Assembly (NCBI GenBank): GCA_027620655.1
Contig: JAQCDS010000003.1
Coordinates: forward strand, 10,449 to 74,448
DNA length: 64,000 bases
Direction of reading: 5' to 3'
DNA from: Bacteroidota bacterium
GTDB lineage: Bacteria; Bacteroidota; Bacteroidia; Flavobacteriales; Flavobacteriaceae
Shown: positions 55,631 through 64,000 of the stretch, in pieces
How the letters are laid out: the number at the start of each line of letters is the position of its first letter
How positions within the stretch are numbered: the first letter of the stretch is position 1
Made by a program: the position numbers and the translations under genes
Notes under the pieces: model-generated
Told to the model about the DNA's origin: nothing
What the model saw: the letters and a program-made list of their open reading frames with translations, nothing else
Database searches by the model: none

Positions 55631-56827
55631 TTATGAGATAATATTGAGGGCGTTCCCTACTTTTTTAAAAGCCTGAATTGCCATATCTAAATGATGTCTT
55701 TCATGGGCTGCTGAAAGTTGAACTCGAATTCTTGCTTTTTCTCTTGGCACAACAGGGAAGAAAAAGCCAATAACATAAATCCCTTCATCTAATAACATAT
55801 TGGCCATTTTCTGTGCCAATTTTGCATCATACAACATTACTGGCACAATTGCAGAATCTCCATCAATAATATCAAACCCAAGAGATTGTAGGCTTTTTTT
55901 GAAATAGGTTGTATTTTCTTCTAATTTATCACGTAAACTCGTGTCGTTTGATAATAAATCAAACACTTTTATTGATGCCCCTACCAATGCTGGAGCTAAA
56001 GAATTTGAAAATAAATAAGGTCTTGAGCGTTGTCGAAGCATCTCTATTATTTCTTTTTTGCCTGTTGTATATCCGCCCATACCACCACCAAGAGCCTTAC
56101 CCAATGTGCCTGTAATGATGTCTATACGACCAAGAACATTTTTCTCCTCTAAAGTGCCTATGCCTGTTTTTCCAATAAATCCTGCTGCATGACACTCATC
56201 AATCATTACTAAAGCATCATATTTTTCTGCTAAATCACAAATCTTATCTAAAGGCGCTACAAGACCGTCCATAGAAAACACGCCGTCAGTCACTATAATT
56301 TTGAATCGTGCCTGGCTATCATTTGCGGCTTTTAGTTGTGTCTCCAAATCTTGCATATCGTTATTTTTGTAACGGAAACGTTTTGCTTTGCACAAGCGAA
56401 CTCCATCAATAATTGAAGCATGATTTAAACTGTCCGAAATTATAGCATCTTGATCAGTAAGTAGAGGTTCAAAAACGCCGCCATTGGCATCAAAAGCTGC
56501 AGCATACAATATCGTATCTTCTGTTTGATAAAATGAGGCTATTTTTTGTTCTAGCTTTTTATGAATGTCTTGAGTTCCACAAATAAATCGAACAGAAGCC
56601 ATTCCAAATCCATGGGTGTCCATAGTATCTTTTGCTGCCTGAATTACTTCTCGATGATTGGCGAGTCCTAAATAATTATTAGCACAAAAATTTAAAACTG
56701 TTTGCCCAGTTTCTAATGTAATTTCAGCCCCTTGAGAAGACACAATGATGCGTTCCTCTTTATATAAGCCTTGCTCTTTTATATTTTCAAGCTCTTGCTT
56801 TAAGTGTTGTTTTATGGTTTTATACAT
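55631..56827 (-). CDS. kbl: Glycine C-acetyltransferase (2-amino-3-ketobutyrate CoA ligase)
   Basis: Class-II aminotransferase, with [10 protein letters not shown] and the PLP-Lys region [10 protein letters not shown]. Confidence 0.9.
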   Translation of the reverse strand: MYKTIKQHLKQELENIKEQGLYKEERIIVSSQGAEITLETGQTVLNFCANNYLGLANHREVIQAAKDTMDTHGFGMASVRFICGTQDIHKKLEQKIASFYQTEDTILYAAAFDANGGVFEPLLTDQDAIISDSLNHASIIDGVRLCKAKRFRYKNNDMQDLETQLKAANDSQARFKIIVTDGVFSMDGLVAPLDKICDLAEKYDALVMIDECHAAGFIGKTGIGTLEEKNVLGRIDIITGTLGKALGGGMGGYTTGKKEIIEMLRQRSRPYLFSNSLAPALVGASIKVFDLLSNDTSLRDKLEENTTYFKKSLQSLGFDIIDGDSAIVPVMLYDAKLAQKMANMLLDEGIYVIGFFFPVVPREKARIRVQLSAAHERHHLDMAIQAFKKVGNALNIIS

Positions 56828-56836
56828 AAGATTCGT

Positions 56837-59800
56837 TTAGGTACATAATTTTAGGTTCAGCTCTGGATGAATATAAACCAATATTTTTTTGTCAATTTTA
56901 TAGCCCATTTGCTTAATAATTGATGCATAATTTTCTAATTGTTGCTGGTGTTTGTCATAATAAACTCCCGTTTTGTAATCTATTATTACAGCACGTTTTG
57001 CTTGAGTAATTACCAAGCGGTCTGGAATTATAATTTGACCTGTGCTCGTCATGATTTCTCGCTCATTATAAACCTCAACGTCTGTGCTAAAATAAGGTTT
57101 AAGTTGTGGATGAAAAACTATAGACTCCATAATTTTGCAAAGTTCATCACTTTGTGCTTGAGAAATTAACCCTTCATCCATTGCCGAATTGAGCACCATT
57201 TGAATGTCTGATGGCAAATATACTTTTGACAATAAAAAATGAATTAAATTTCCTTTTTCTACAGCCTCTTTTTGAGTGGTGTCCCAAAGATAATCTGCTT
57301 TTATTGCCATTGAAACATTCAACTGATGTTTTGGAGTTGAAATAAATTTCTTTTGAGGTGTCATTGGAATTTTTGGATCATCCTCTTGATCAATGGCTTC
57401 TATCTCACCAAAATTGTAAGACAAAATACCATCAATCCATTTGCCTTCTGCTTTAAGAAAACCTATCAATAAATCTGAATAGGTTTTAAAATCATCTTCT
57501 GATTTGGAAGCCCCCGATGCATTTCCAATAATATAGAGCTGTTCTGCTGCTCGTGTTAAGGTCACATAGAGCAAATTGATATTATCCAATTCTAATTTTG
57601 ACTGATTTTCAATATATTTGGCTTCCCCCTCTGTGCCATAATGTTTAAAATCTTTATTATAATTCATTAGAAAAAACGGAAAATCTTCATGTAAGTGAGC
57701 AGTAGGCATCCATTCTTTTGGCTCTATTTCTTTATAAATATCAAGCTCTGCAAAAGGAAAAATAACAACCGGAAATTCTAGACCCTTGGATTTATGTACA
57801 GTCATAATTTGTACCGCGTCCATGCCTTTAGGAGAAACTATGCTAAGAGAACTTTTCTTTTGCTCAAAATATACCAGAAACTGTGATATATTGGAGGACT
57901 GTTTCTGAGAAAATTCAAAAACTATATCCAAGAAAAACTGAACATGTGCGTTCGTATCCTTAACTAAATGAAATGTTGTTACAATATATTCTGCAAGCTC
58001 ATACACAGAGAATTGAATAGCAGCACGAGGGTCAAAATTAATGTCTAACTGAGTTAGTCCCGCAAAAAATGAAAAAGAATTTAACGATAAAAAATTCAAT
58101 CTAAATTGATGACCATCTTCAATTTTGTGTTTATCAATTAAATAATTCAAAACATTCAATTTGGCAACAGCATTAGTAGTATCTTGAAGATATGAAAAGA
58201 CATTAATTATCAGCTGAACTTCTTTAGATTCTGTAATTAATAATGTTTCATTTGAAATAATATCAAGCCCTTTCGAAATTAAATGATTGGCAACAGCCAC
58301 TCCTTCTTTTCTTTTTCGTACTAATACGCAAATATCCTTATAAGACGCAAGGGGGCTCGAAGCCTTGTACTTTTTAATTGTTTTATAAACTTCATCAGCA
58401 TAAAATAAATTTTTATCTGCACCTTTTTCAAAATCCAAAAAAGAAAGATGAACATAACCTTTTTTCTTTTTGTGAAAACCTTGGGGATCCTCGTCATAAA
58501 GTTCACCATGGGAAATGTTCGAAAAAATGACTTTCGAGCAATAAGAAAAGAAATCATTATTGAATTTTACAACTTTCTTAGTGCTTCTATAATTCACTGG
58601 TAAATCTGATACACTAGCCTTAACAGGTAAATCGTGGATATTGTTTTTTAGGTTGATAAACTGTTCGGGGTTGCCTCCACGCCAGCGATAAATTGACTGT
58701 TTTGCATCGCCTACCAACAAAATACTGCCATTTTCTGAGGCAACCGCATTAATCATCAAAGGAGTTAAGTTTGCCCATTGAAGTTCCGATGTGTCTTGAA
58801 ATTCGTCAATAAAATAATGATTAAACTTTTCGCCAATACGCTCATAAATAAAAGGCGCTGGCTGTTCTTTAATTTCCTTTCCTATTATGGTATTAAATTC
58901 TGAAATCAAAAGGAGATTTTGAGACTCTTTTATAATATTAATTTCATTTTGAATAAGCGTTAAAACTGAAAGCGGCGTTATGTTGTTTTTGATATTCTTA
59001 AGATATCTCAAATGATAAACAGCTTTTTTTGTACTCTCGAATGCAGCCACCAAATCTGGGCGCATAGCATCAATTTTTTGACAAATATCAGCTGGTGTTT
59101 TTTTTGAATATAATGACGTTGTTTCAATATTTTTTTGCCAAACGGAATCAAATTTAATGTCAAATTTTTTGGCCGCTAAGGTGGAAAAATGTTTAGGGAG
59201 AGAACCTCTTATAAAATCTGAAAAACTAATCCCACTTGAATTTATAAGTTTTAAAATTTGTGATGCTTCTTCTGCTGTTTGATGCTCAATGGTTTTATAC
59301 TCCTTATTTACTTTTGCTTTCAATACATCAAAAGCATCTAGCTTTTGGTTGGACAAAAGTTCTAAGTAAGGAAGGGCGGTTTCTTTTGTGAGTAGCTTTG
59401 CAGATTTAAATAAGTCTAGAGCAATATCCCAACTTTTATCATCGTCTGATTTTTCAATGGCATAGTCGAGTAAAACACGTGTAAGCGCTTCTTCTTTTCC
59501 CGTTTTGGAAATCACTTGATCTACCGCTTTTTGCAATAAGGCATCTGTGTCTAGCTCAACTTCAAAGTTGACAGGAAGATGCAAGTCAAATGCAAATGTT
59601 CTTACAAGACGCTGATTGAATTTATCTATTGTTGAAACATCAAATCCTCCATAATTATGTAAAATTTTCTGAATTAATTGTCTGGATTTCTGATGAATAA
59701 ATTTTGGAGTCTTATCAAGTTCTTTGACTAAATCGGAAAATAAATCATCTTTAGTTTCTAAAATTTTTGGCGATGAAAAACTTAACAAGGCTGCTATAAT

Positions 59801-59971
59801 TCGATTTTTCATTTCGTCAACAGCCTTATTGGTAAACGTAATAGCAAGGACATGACGATGAGGCAAGTAAGCACTAGAGGTCAAAACAATTTTTAAATAG
59901 TCTTTGACTAAAGTATATGTTTTTCCACTTCCTGCAGAGGCATTATATATCTTAAAGTTCGACGCTAACAC
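56837..59971 (-). CDS. UvrD-type helicase fused to a C-terminal PD-(D/E)XK nuclease, AddA/RexA-like (1044 aa)
   Basis: Walker A ASAGSGKTYTL, motif II IDEFQDTS, motif III VGDAKQSIYRWRG, and C-terminal nuclease PDRLVI...VIIDYKTG. GTG start. Confidence 0.8.
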   Translation of the reverse strand: MLASNFKIYNASAGSGKTYTLVKDYLKIVLTSSAYLPHRHVLAITFTNKAVDEMKNRIIAALLSFSSPKILETKDDLFSDLVKELDKTPKFIHQKSRQLIQKILHNYGGFDVSTIDKFNQRLVRTFAFDLHLPVNFEVELDTDALLQKAVDQVISKTGKEEALTRVLLDYAIEKSDDDKSWDIALDLFKSAKLLTKETALPYLELLSNQKLDAFDVLKAKVNKEYKTIEHQTAEEASQILKLINSSGISFSDFIRGSLPKHFSTLAAKKFDIKFDSVWQKNIETTSLYSKKTPADICQKIDAMRPDLVAAFESTKKAVYHLRYLKNIKNNITPLSVLTLIQNEINIIKESQNLLLISEFNTIIGKEIKEQPAPFIYERIGEKFNHYFIDEFQDTSELQWANLTPLMINAVASENGSILLVGDAKQSIYRWRGGNPEQFINLKNNIHDLPVKASVSDLPVNYRSTKKVVKFNNDFFSYCSKVIFSNISHGELYDEDPQGFHKKKKGYVHLSFLDFEKGADKNLFYADEVYKTIKKYKASSPLASYKDICVLVRKRKEGVAVANHLISKGLDIISNETLLITESKEVQLIINVFSYLQDTTNAVAKLNVLNYLIDKHKIEDGHQFRLNFLSLNSFSFFAGLTQLDINFDPRAAIQFSVYELAEYIVTTFHLVKDTNAHVQFFLDIVFEFSQKQSSNISQFLVYFEQKKSSLSIVSPKGMDAVQIMTVHKSKGLEFPVVIFPFAELDIYKEIEPKEWMPTAHLHEDFPFFLMNYNKDFKHYGTEGEAKYIENQSKLELDNINLLYVTLTRAAEQLYIIGNASGASKSEDDFKTYSDLLIGFLKAEGKWIDGILSYNFGEIEAIDQEDDPKIPMTPQKKFISTPKHQLNVSMAIKADYLWDTTQKEAVEKGNLIHFLLSKVYLPSDIQMVLNSAMDEGLISQAQSDELCKIMESIVFHPQLKPYFSTDVEVYNEREIMTSTGQIIIPDRLVITQAKRAVIIDYKTGVYYDKHQQQLENYASIIKQMGYKIDKKILVYIHPELNLKLCT

Positions 59972-60038
59972 TAAATTAAATTTATACCAAAATAAACAAT
60001 CTTAATTATATACATCACTAAATATAGATTGAAAATTG

Positions 60039-60046
60039 TAAATTTG
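60039..60046 (+). promoter_or_regulatory. Bacteroidetes -7 box for sodA
   Basis: TAAATTTG, 34 nt upstream of the ATG at 60080. Confidence 0.45.
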
Positions 60047-60079
60047 ACATAAAATATTTAATCCTTAAAACAAATACAT

Positions 60080-60688
60080 ATGGCTTTTGAATTACCAAAA
60101 CTAAACTATGCATACGACGCTTTAGAGCCTCACATTGATGCAAGAACAATGGAAATACATCATTCTAAACATCACAATGGATATACTACAAAATTGAATG
60201 CTGCAGTTGAAGGAACCGCACTTGAAAATGAAAGCATCGAATCTATTCTAGAAAACCTAGACATGTCTAATGGTGCTGTGCGAAACAATGGTGGTGGTTT
60301 TTATAATCACAGTTTATTTTGGAGTATTATGGATCCAAATGACAAAGGAGAACTTTCAGGAGATTTAAAAGATGCTATTGTTGATGCTTATGGATCTGTC
60401 GATGCATTTAAAACTGCTTTTTCTACAGCGGCTGCTACACAATTCGGTTCTGGGTGGGCTTGGCTTTGTGTTCATAAAGGCGGAAAAGTAGAGGTTTGTT
60501 CTACACCAAATCAAGACAATCCACTTATGCCAGGAGTGTCCTGTGGTGGCACGCCTATTTTGGGGCTTGATGTCTGGGAACATGCTTATTATTTAAATTA
60601 TCAAAATAGACGCCCAGATTATATCAATGCGTTTTTCAATGTTATCAATTGGAATGAAGTGGCTAAAAGATTTGAAGCGGCAAAGTAA
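60080..60688 (+). CDS. sodA: Superoxide dismutase [Mn/Fe]
   Basis: HHSKHH and DVWEHAYY metal-ligand motifs. Confidence 0.95.
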   Translation: MAFELPKLNYAYDALEPHIDARTMEIHHSKHHNGYTTKLNAAVEGTALENESIESILENLDMSNGAVRNNGGGFYNHSLFWSIMDPNDKGELSGDLKDAIVDAYGSVDAFKTAFSTAAATQFGSGWAWLCVHKGGKVEVCSTPNQDNPLMPGVSCGGTPILGLDVWEHAYYLNYQNRRPDYINAFFNVINWNEVAKRFEAAK

Positions 60689-60706
60689 AACTTACAAAAC
60701 GTTGTA

Positions 60707-60740
60707 AAATAAAAAAGGTGAACAGATGTTCACCTTTTTT
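60707..60740. terminator. Bidirectional rho-independent terminator between sodA and purF
   Basis: 8-bp stem ggtgaaca/tgttcacc (60717-60724 / 60727-60734) flanked by an A-run and T6. Confidence 0.75.
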
Positions 60741-60820
60741 GCCCCAAATCTACCATGAACTTAACCTACTTATGTTATGGTGATTCAAATATATACTTAA
60801 ATTAGTTAGCAGGATTGTTT

Positions 60821-60860
60821 TTTAGATGAAATGCATTTTTTTTAGATGAAATGCATTTTC
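60821..60860. repeat. Tandem 20-bp duplication, each unit carrying the 10-bp palindrome AAATGCATTT
   Basis: tttagatgaaatgcattttt / tttagatgaaatgcattttc (19 of 20 identical), abutting the purF stop codon. Confidence 0.9.
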
Positions 60861-62759
60861 TTAATAAGCTCGCTCATTTTTCCCCTCATAAAAATTAATA
60901 AAGGCCTGATTAACTACTCTATTGCCTCCATCGGTTGGGTAGATCCCCGTAAAATACCAATCTCCTAAATTTTGAGGACATGCCTTGTGTAAATTTTCAA
61001 TCGTTTGGAATATAATCACAACTTCTGCATTAATCTCTTCATCACTCAACAATTGTGAAATTTTTTGTGAAATTTGTTCTGCTGTAAAAGGAGCATAAAT
61101 CTCTTTTACAAAATTCTTTACCTCATGATCGCTTAAATTTTCTTGTGCCTTACACTTGGCATATACCTCATCAACAAGATTCATTTTATTTTGATCTTTT
61201 AGCAAAGCCAGTGCTGCACGGAATGCAACAAGCCCTTCTAAATTTGCCATATCTATACCATAGCAATCTGGATAACGTATTTGAGGTGCAGAGGACACCA
61301 CAACAATTTTCTTTGGCGAAAGACGATCTAGCATTTTAAGAATACTCTTCTTTAGTGTTGTCCCACGTACAATGCTGTCATCTATAATAACAAGGTTGTC
61401 TTCTTTTTTAATTACACCGTATGTAATATCGTATACGTGTGCTACCAAGTCATCTCTACTGCTGTCTTCAGTAATGAAAGTCCGGAGTTTAACGTCTTTA
61501 ATAGCAATCTTCTCTATACGGGTATGTTGGGATAATATTTGAGTTACTTTTGCCGCAGATAATGATCGTTTCCCCTTTAGTATTTGCTCTGTTTTTGTAT
61601 TATTTAAAAAGGCTTCTACAGACTCAACCATTCCAAAAAATGAAGTCTCTGCAGTATTTGGAATAAATGAAAATACGGTGTTTTTTATGTCGTTATCAAT
61701 ATGCTTTAGAACTTCAGGGACAATCAATTTCCCTAGCATTTTACGTTCTTTATAAATTTCTGCATCACTTCCTCTCGAAAAATAAATGCGTTCAAAAGAG
61801 CAGGCCTTGCGAACTGTTGGTTCCAAAATTTTACTGATTTTTGTTTGGCCAGACTTTTTAGTAATTATTGCATGCCCTGGTGGAAGCTCCTCAACAGATT
61901 CAAAAGGCACATTAAAAACAGTCTGTATTACAGGGCGCTCAGAAGCAACTACCACAACCTCATCATCGATGTAGTAATATGCTGGTCGAATCCCTGCTGG
62001 ATCGCGCAACACAAAAGAATCACCATGACCAATCATTCCTGCCATGGCATACCCACCATCCCAATTTTTTGCAGATTTTTTTAAAATCTTTTTTATACTT
62101 AAACGTTCTGCAATCAATGGCGAACACTCCATTTTGGTGTATCCTTCTTTTTTAAGTTTTTTATACATTTTAGATACTGCATCATCTAGAAAATGACCTA
62201 TTCTCTCCATGATTGTAATTGTATCTTTATATTCTTTTGGGTGCTGGCCAATTTCTACTAAATTGCTAAACAATTGTCGTACGTTGGTCATATTAAAATT
62301 TCCTGCAAGAATCAAATTGCGATGCATCCAATTGTTTTGCCTTAAAAAAGGATGAACACTCTCAACACTGTTTTTGCCAAAAGTTCCATAGCGTACGTGA
62401 CCTAACATGACTTCGCCTAGATACGGAACAAGCTTTTTTTGGGTTGTAATATCATTTACACAATCGGGATTTTTTTCCAATACATCATTAATACGTTGAT
62501 TAATCTGAGCAAAAACATCCTGGATAGGTTGCTGTGCTACAGATCGTACTCGACTTATGTAGCGCTCCCCAGGGTTCATGTCCAATTTTATACTCGCAAA
62601 ACCAGCACCATCCTGTCCACGATTATGCTGCTTTTCCATGATTAGGTACATCTTATTGATGCCATAAAAAGCGGTGCCGTATTTTTCTTTGTAATACTCT
62701 AGGGGTTTTAAAAGACGTATGTGGGCTATGCCACACTCATGTTTAATTGCATCACTCAT
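60861..62759 (-). CDS. purF: Amidophosphoribosyltransferase (long Bacteroidetes-type)
   Basis: N-terminal nucleophile context MSDAIKHECGI. PRPP-binding motif VIIDDSIVRGTT. Confidence 0.9.
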   Translation of the reverse strand: MSDAIKHECGIAHIRLLKPLEYYKEKYGTAFYGINKMYLIMEKQHNRGQDGAGFASIKLDMNPGERYISRVRSVAQQPIQDVFAQINQRINDVLEKNPDCVNDITTQKKLVPYLGEVMLGHVRYGTFGKNSVESVHPFLRQNNWMHRNLILAGNFNMTNVRQLFSNLVEIGQHPKEYKDTITIMERIGHFLDDAVSKMYKKLKKEGYTKMECSPLIAERLSIKKILKKSAKNWDGGYAMAGMIGHGDSFVLRDPAGIRPAYYYIDDEVVVVASERPVIQTVFNVPFESVEELPPGHAIITKKSGQTKISKILEPTVRKACSFERIYFSRGSDAEIYKERKMLGKLIVPEVLKHIDNDIKNTVFSFIPNTAETSFFGMVESVEAFLNNTKTEQILKGKRSLSAAKVTQILSQHTRIEKIAIKDVKLRTFITEDSSRDDLVAHVYDITYGVIKKEDNLVIIDDSIVRGTTLKKSILKMLDRLSPKKIVVVSSAPQIRYPDCYGIDMANLEGLVAFRAALALLKDQNKMNLVDEVYAKCKAQENLSDHEVKNFVKEIYAPFTAEQISQKISQLLSDEEINAEVVIIFQTIENLHKACPQNLGDWYFTGIYPTDGGNRVVNQAFINFYEGKNERAY

Positions 62760-62827
62760 GTATGAAAGTGGTGTTGTGGGTGGTTTGTATTTTATAAACT
62801 AACATTTATGCTCTAAAATAAAACATT

Positions 62828-63754
62828 TTAGGTAAGTTCTATATCAAATTGGGTTAAATTTTTAAATAATTGAAGGCGACGAAAAACTTCTTTTGAATCT
62901 AAATGACACATTCTTTCTGTGCCAAACTTTTCTACACAAAAAGAGGCTAATGCAGAGCCGTATATCACCGCTTTTTTCATGTTTTCAAAAGAAAAATCAT
63001 TTGTTTTTGTCAAATATCCTGCAAATCCTCCTGCAAATGTATCGCCAGCACCTGTTGGATCAAAAACCTCTTCTAAAGGTAGTGCAGGTGCAAAAAATAC
63101 GTTCTCTTTATTAAACAATAAAGCGCCATGTTCTCCTTTTTTTATAACAACATATTTTGGGCCCATCGTATAAATCTTTCGTGCAGCTACTACCAACGAA
63201 CTTTCATTAGTCAACTGTCTTGCTTCTTCGTCATTTATGGTTAGGATATCAACTCTTTTTATAACTTGCAATAAATCTTCCAGAGTATTTTCCATCCAAA
63301 AATTCATGGTGTCTAGAATCACTAATGCATTTTTATTTACAACTTGATCTAAAACACTAGACTGAACTAAGGGGTGTAGGTTGCCTAGCACAACAACGCT
63401 TGAATCTTTAAAATTATCAGGTACAACGGGCTGAAAATCAGATAAAACATTGAGCTCTGTAGACAAAGTGTCTCTAGTATTCATGTCGTTGTGATAACGA
63501 CCACTCCAAAAAAATGTTTTCCCAGTAGGTATAATTTCTACAGCAGAAATATCAATATTATGATGACTTAAAAGTTGTAAATACTCATCTGGAAAATCAC
63601 CTCCTACAACTGATACAATAGCACTTTCTACATTAAATTGTGAAGCCGAAAGCCCAATGTAGGGCGCAGAGCCTCCAAGAATTTTATCGGTTTTGCCAAA
63701 GGGTGTTTCAATAGCGTCAAATGCAACAGTCCCAACAATCAATAATTTACTCAT
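62828..63754 (-). CDS. PfkB-family carbohydrate/nucleoside kinase
   Basis: C-terminal signature DPTGAGDTFAGGF and N-terminal GGSAPY. Confidence 0.8.
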   Translation of the reverse strand: MSKLLIVGTVAFDAIETPFGKTDKILGGSAPYIGLSASQFNVESAIVSVVGGDFPDEYLQLLSHHNIDISAVEIIPTGKTFFWSGRYHNDMNTRDTLSTELNVLSDFQPVVPDNFKDSSVVVLGNLHPLVQSSVLDQVVNKNALVILDTMNFWMENTLEDLLQVIKRVDILTINDEEARQLTNESSLVVAARKIYTMGPKYVVIKKGEHGALLFNKENVFFAPALPLEEVFDPTGAGDTFAGGFAGYLTKTNDFSFENMKKAVIYGSALASFCVEKFGTERMCHLDSKEVFRRLQLFKNLTQFDIELT

Positions 63755-63779
63755 GAAAGCTACTTAGAAATTTAAACTA

Positions 63780-63787
63780 CAAAGTTA
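63780..63787 (-). promoter_or_regulatory. Bacteroidetes -7 box for the PfkB kinase gene
   Basis: Minus strand TAACTTTG, 26 nt upstream of the ATG at 63754. Confidence 0.4.
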
Positions 63788-63834
63788 AGTAAATTTAAAG
63801 GCTTAATGAAATAAAAAAACTTCTAAAATCTCAC

Positions 63835-64000
63835 TTATTTCCTCCCAAAATCTGCTGGGATTTCGCCCCATGCTTTGGTTTCCCATTTAACAATTTTTGT
63901 TGCAAAAGAATTGTTTTTTAACCACATTTCTGCTCGAGAGACAAGCTCAAAAAGAGGTTGATTTTCTGTACTTCGCTGCAATTTTGTGTTGCACTTTTTT
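63835..64000 (-). CDS. C-terminal fragment of a probable RNase H1-family protein (gene starts beyond the window end)
   Basis: Own translation: ..KKCNTKLQRSTENQPLFELVSRAEMWLKNNSFATKIVKWETKAWGEIPADFGRK-stop. From memory, this C-terminal pattern resembles Bacteroidetes RNase H1/viroplasmin-domain proteins. Confidence 0.4.
   Translation of the reverse strand, partial: KKCNTKLQRSTENQPLFELVSRAEMWLKNNSFATKIVKWETKAWGEIPADFGRK

Noticed and set aside
1-64000. CRISPR arrays, rRNA genes, IS elements and prophage genes
   Set aside because: I looked for regularly spaced repeats, rRNA-like conserved stretches and transposase- or phage-like ORFs on both strands and found none.

Overview
AT-rich, very gene-dense chromosomal segment with short or overlapping gene junctions. 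It looks like a marine member of the Flavobacteriia (Bacteroidota). Supporting signs are a T9SS C-terminal-sorting-domain protein, TonB-dependent receptors, a long Bacteroidetes-type PurF, tandem CoxIII genes, sigma-54, and 16 exact copies of the Bacteroidetes -7 promoter box TAnnTTTG lying 5-50 nt upstream of start codons. Left to right: tsaB fragment; MacAB/TolC-type ABC efflux operon; orphan XRE regulator; cytochrome c oxidase accessory cluster (cyoE, two CoxIII, CoxIV-like, Cys-less SCO-like paralog, SCO, DUF420, small CxxC membrane protein); frameshifted GNAT; DUF5916/CBM9-like protein; rplM-rpsI-rpsB-tsf-(antisense lipoprotein)-pyrH-frr; MMPL/RND transporter; asnS; rpoN; umuC-umuD; TonB receptor; tightly coupled porZ-like/recO/TonB-receptor/recX string; gdhA; Cys/Met PLP enzyme; DinB; ArsC-family; frameshifted EamA transporter; GNAT/FemAB-like protein; yicC-gmk-nadD-dusB; LolE-like permease; rbfA; mce; one tRNA(CAT); a ~4.5 kb accessory stretch (45.9-50.4 kb); alpha/beta hydrolase; AddB-like nuclease; OmpA/TSP3 protein; kbl; AddA-like helicase-nuclease; sodA; purF; PfkB kinase; RNase H fragment. 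I saw no rRNA, CRISPR array, IS/transposase, integrase or prophage genes. The only region I would call a candidate for something undescribed is the integrase-less island next to the tRNA. It holds an orphan His/Cys-rich 264-aa protein with a small frameshifted partner gene, a tandem lipoprotein array sharing a nucleotide-conserved signal-peptide cassette, and two mini membrane proteins. I cannot assign a function to any of these. All family calls come from reading the translations and motifs, not from database searches.
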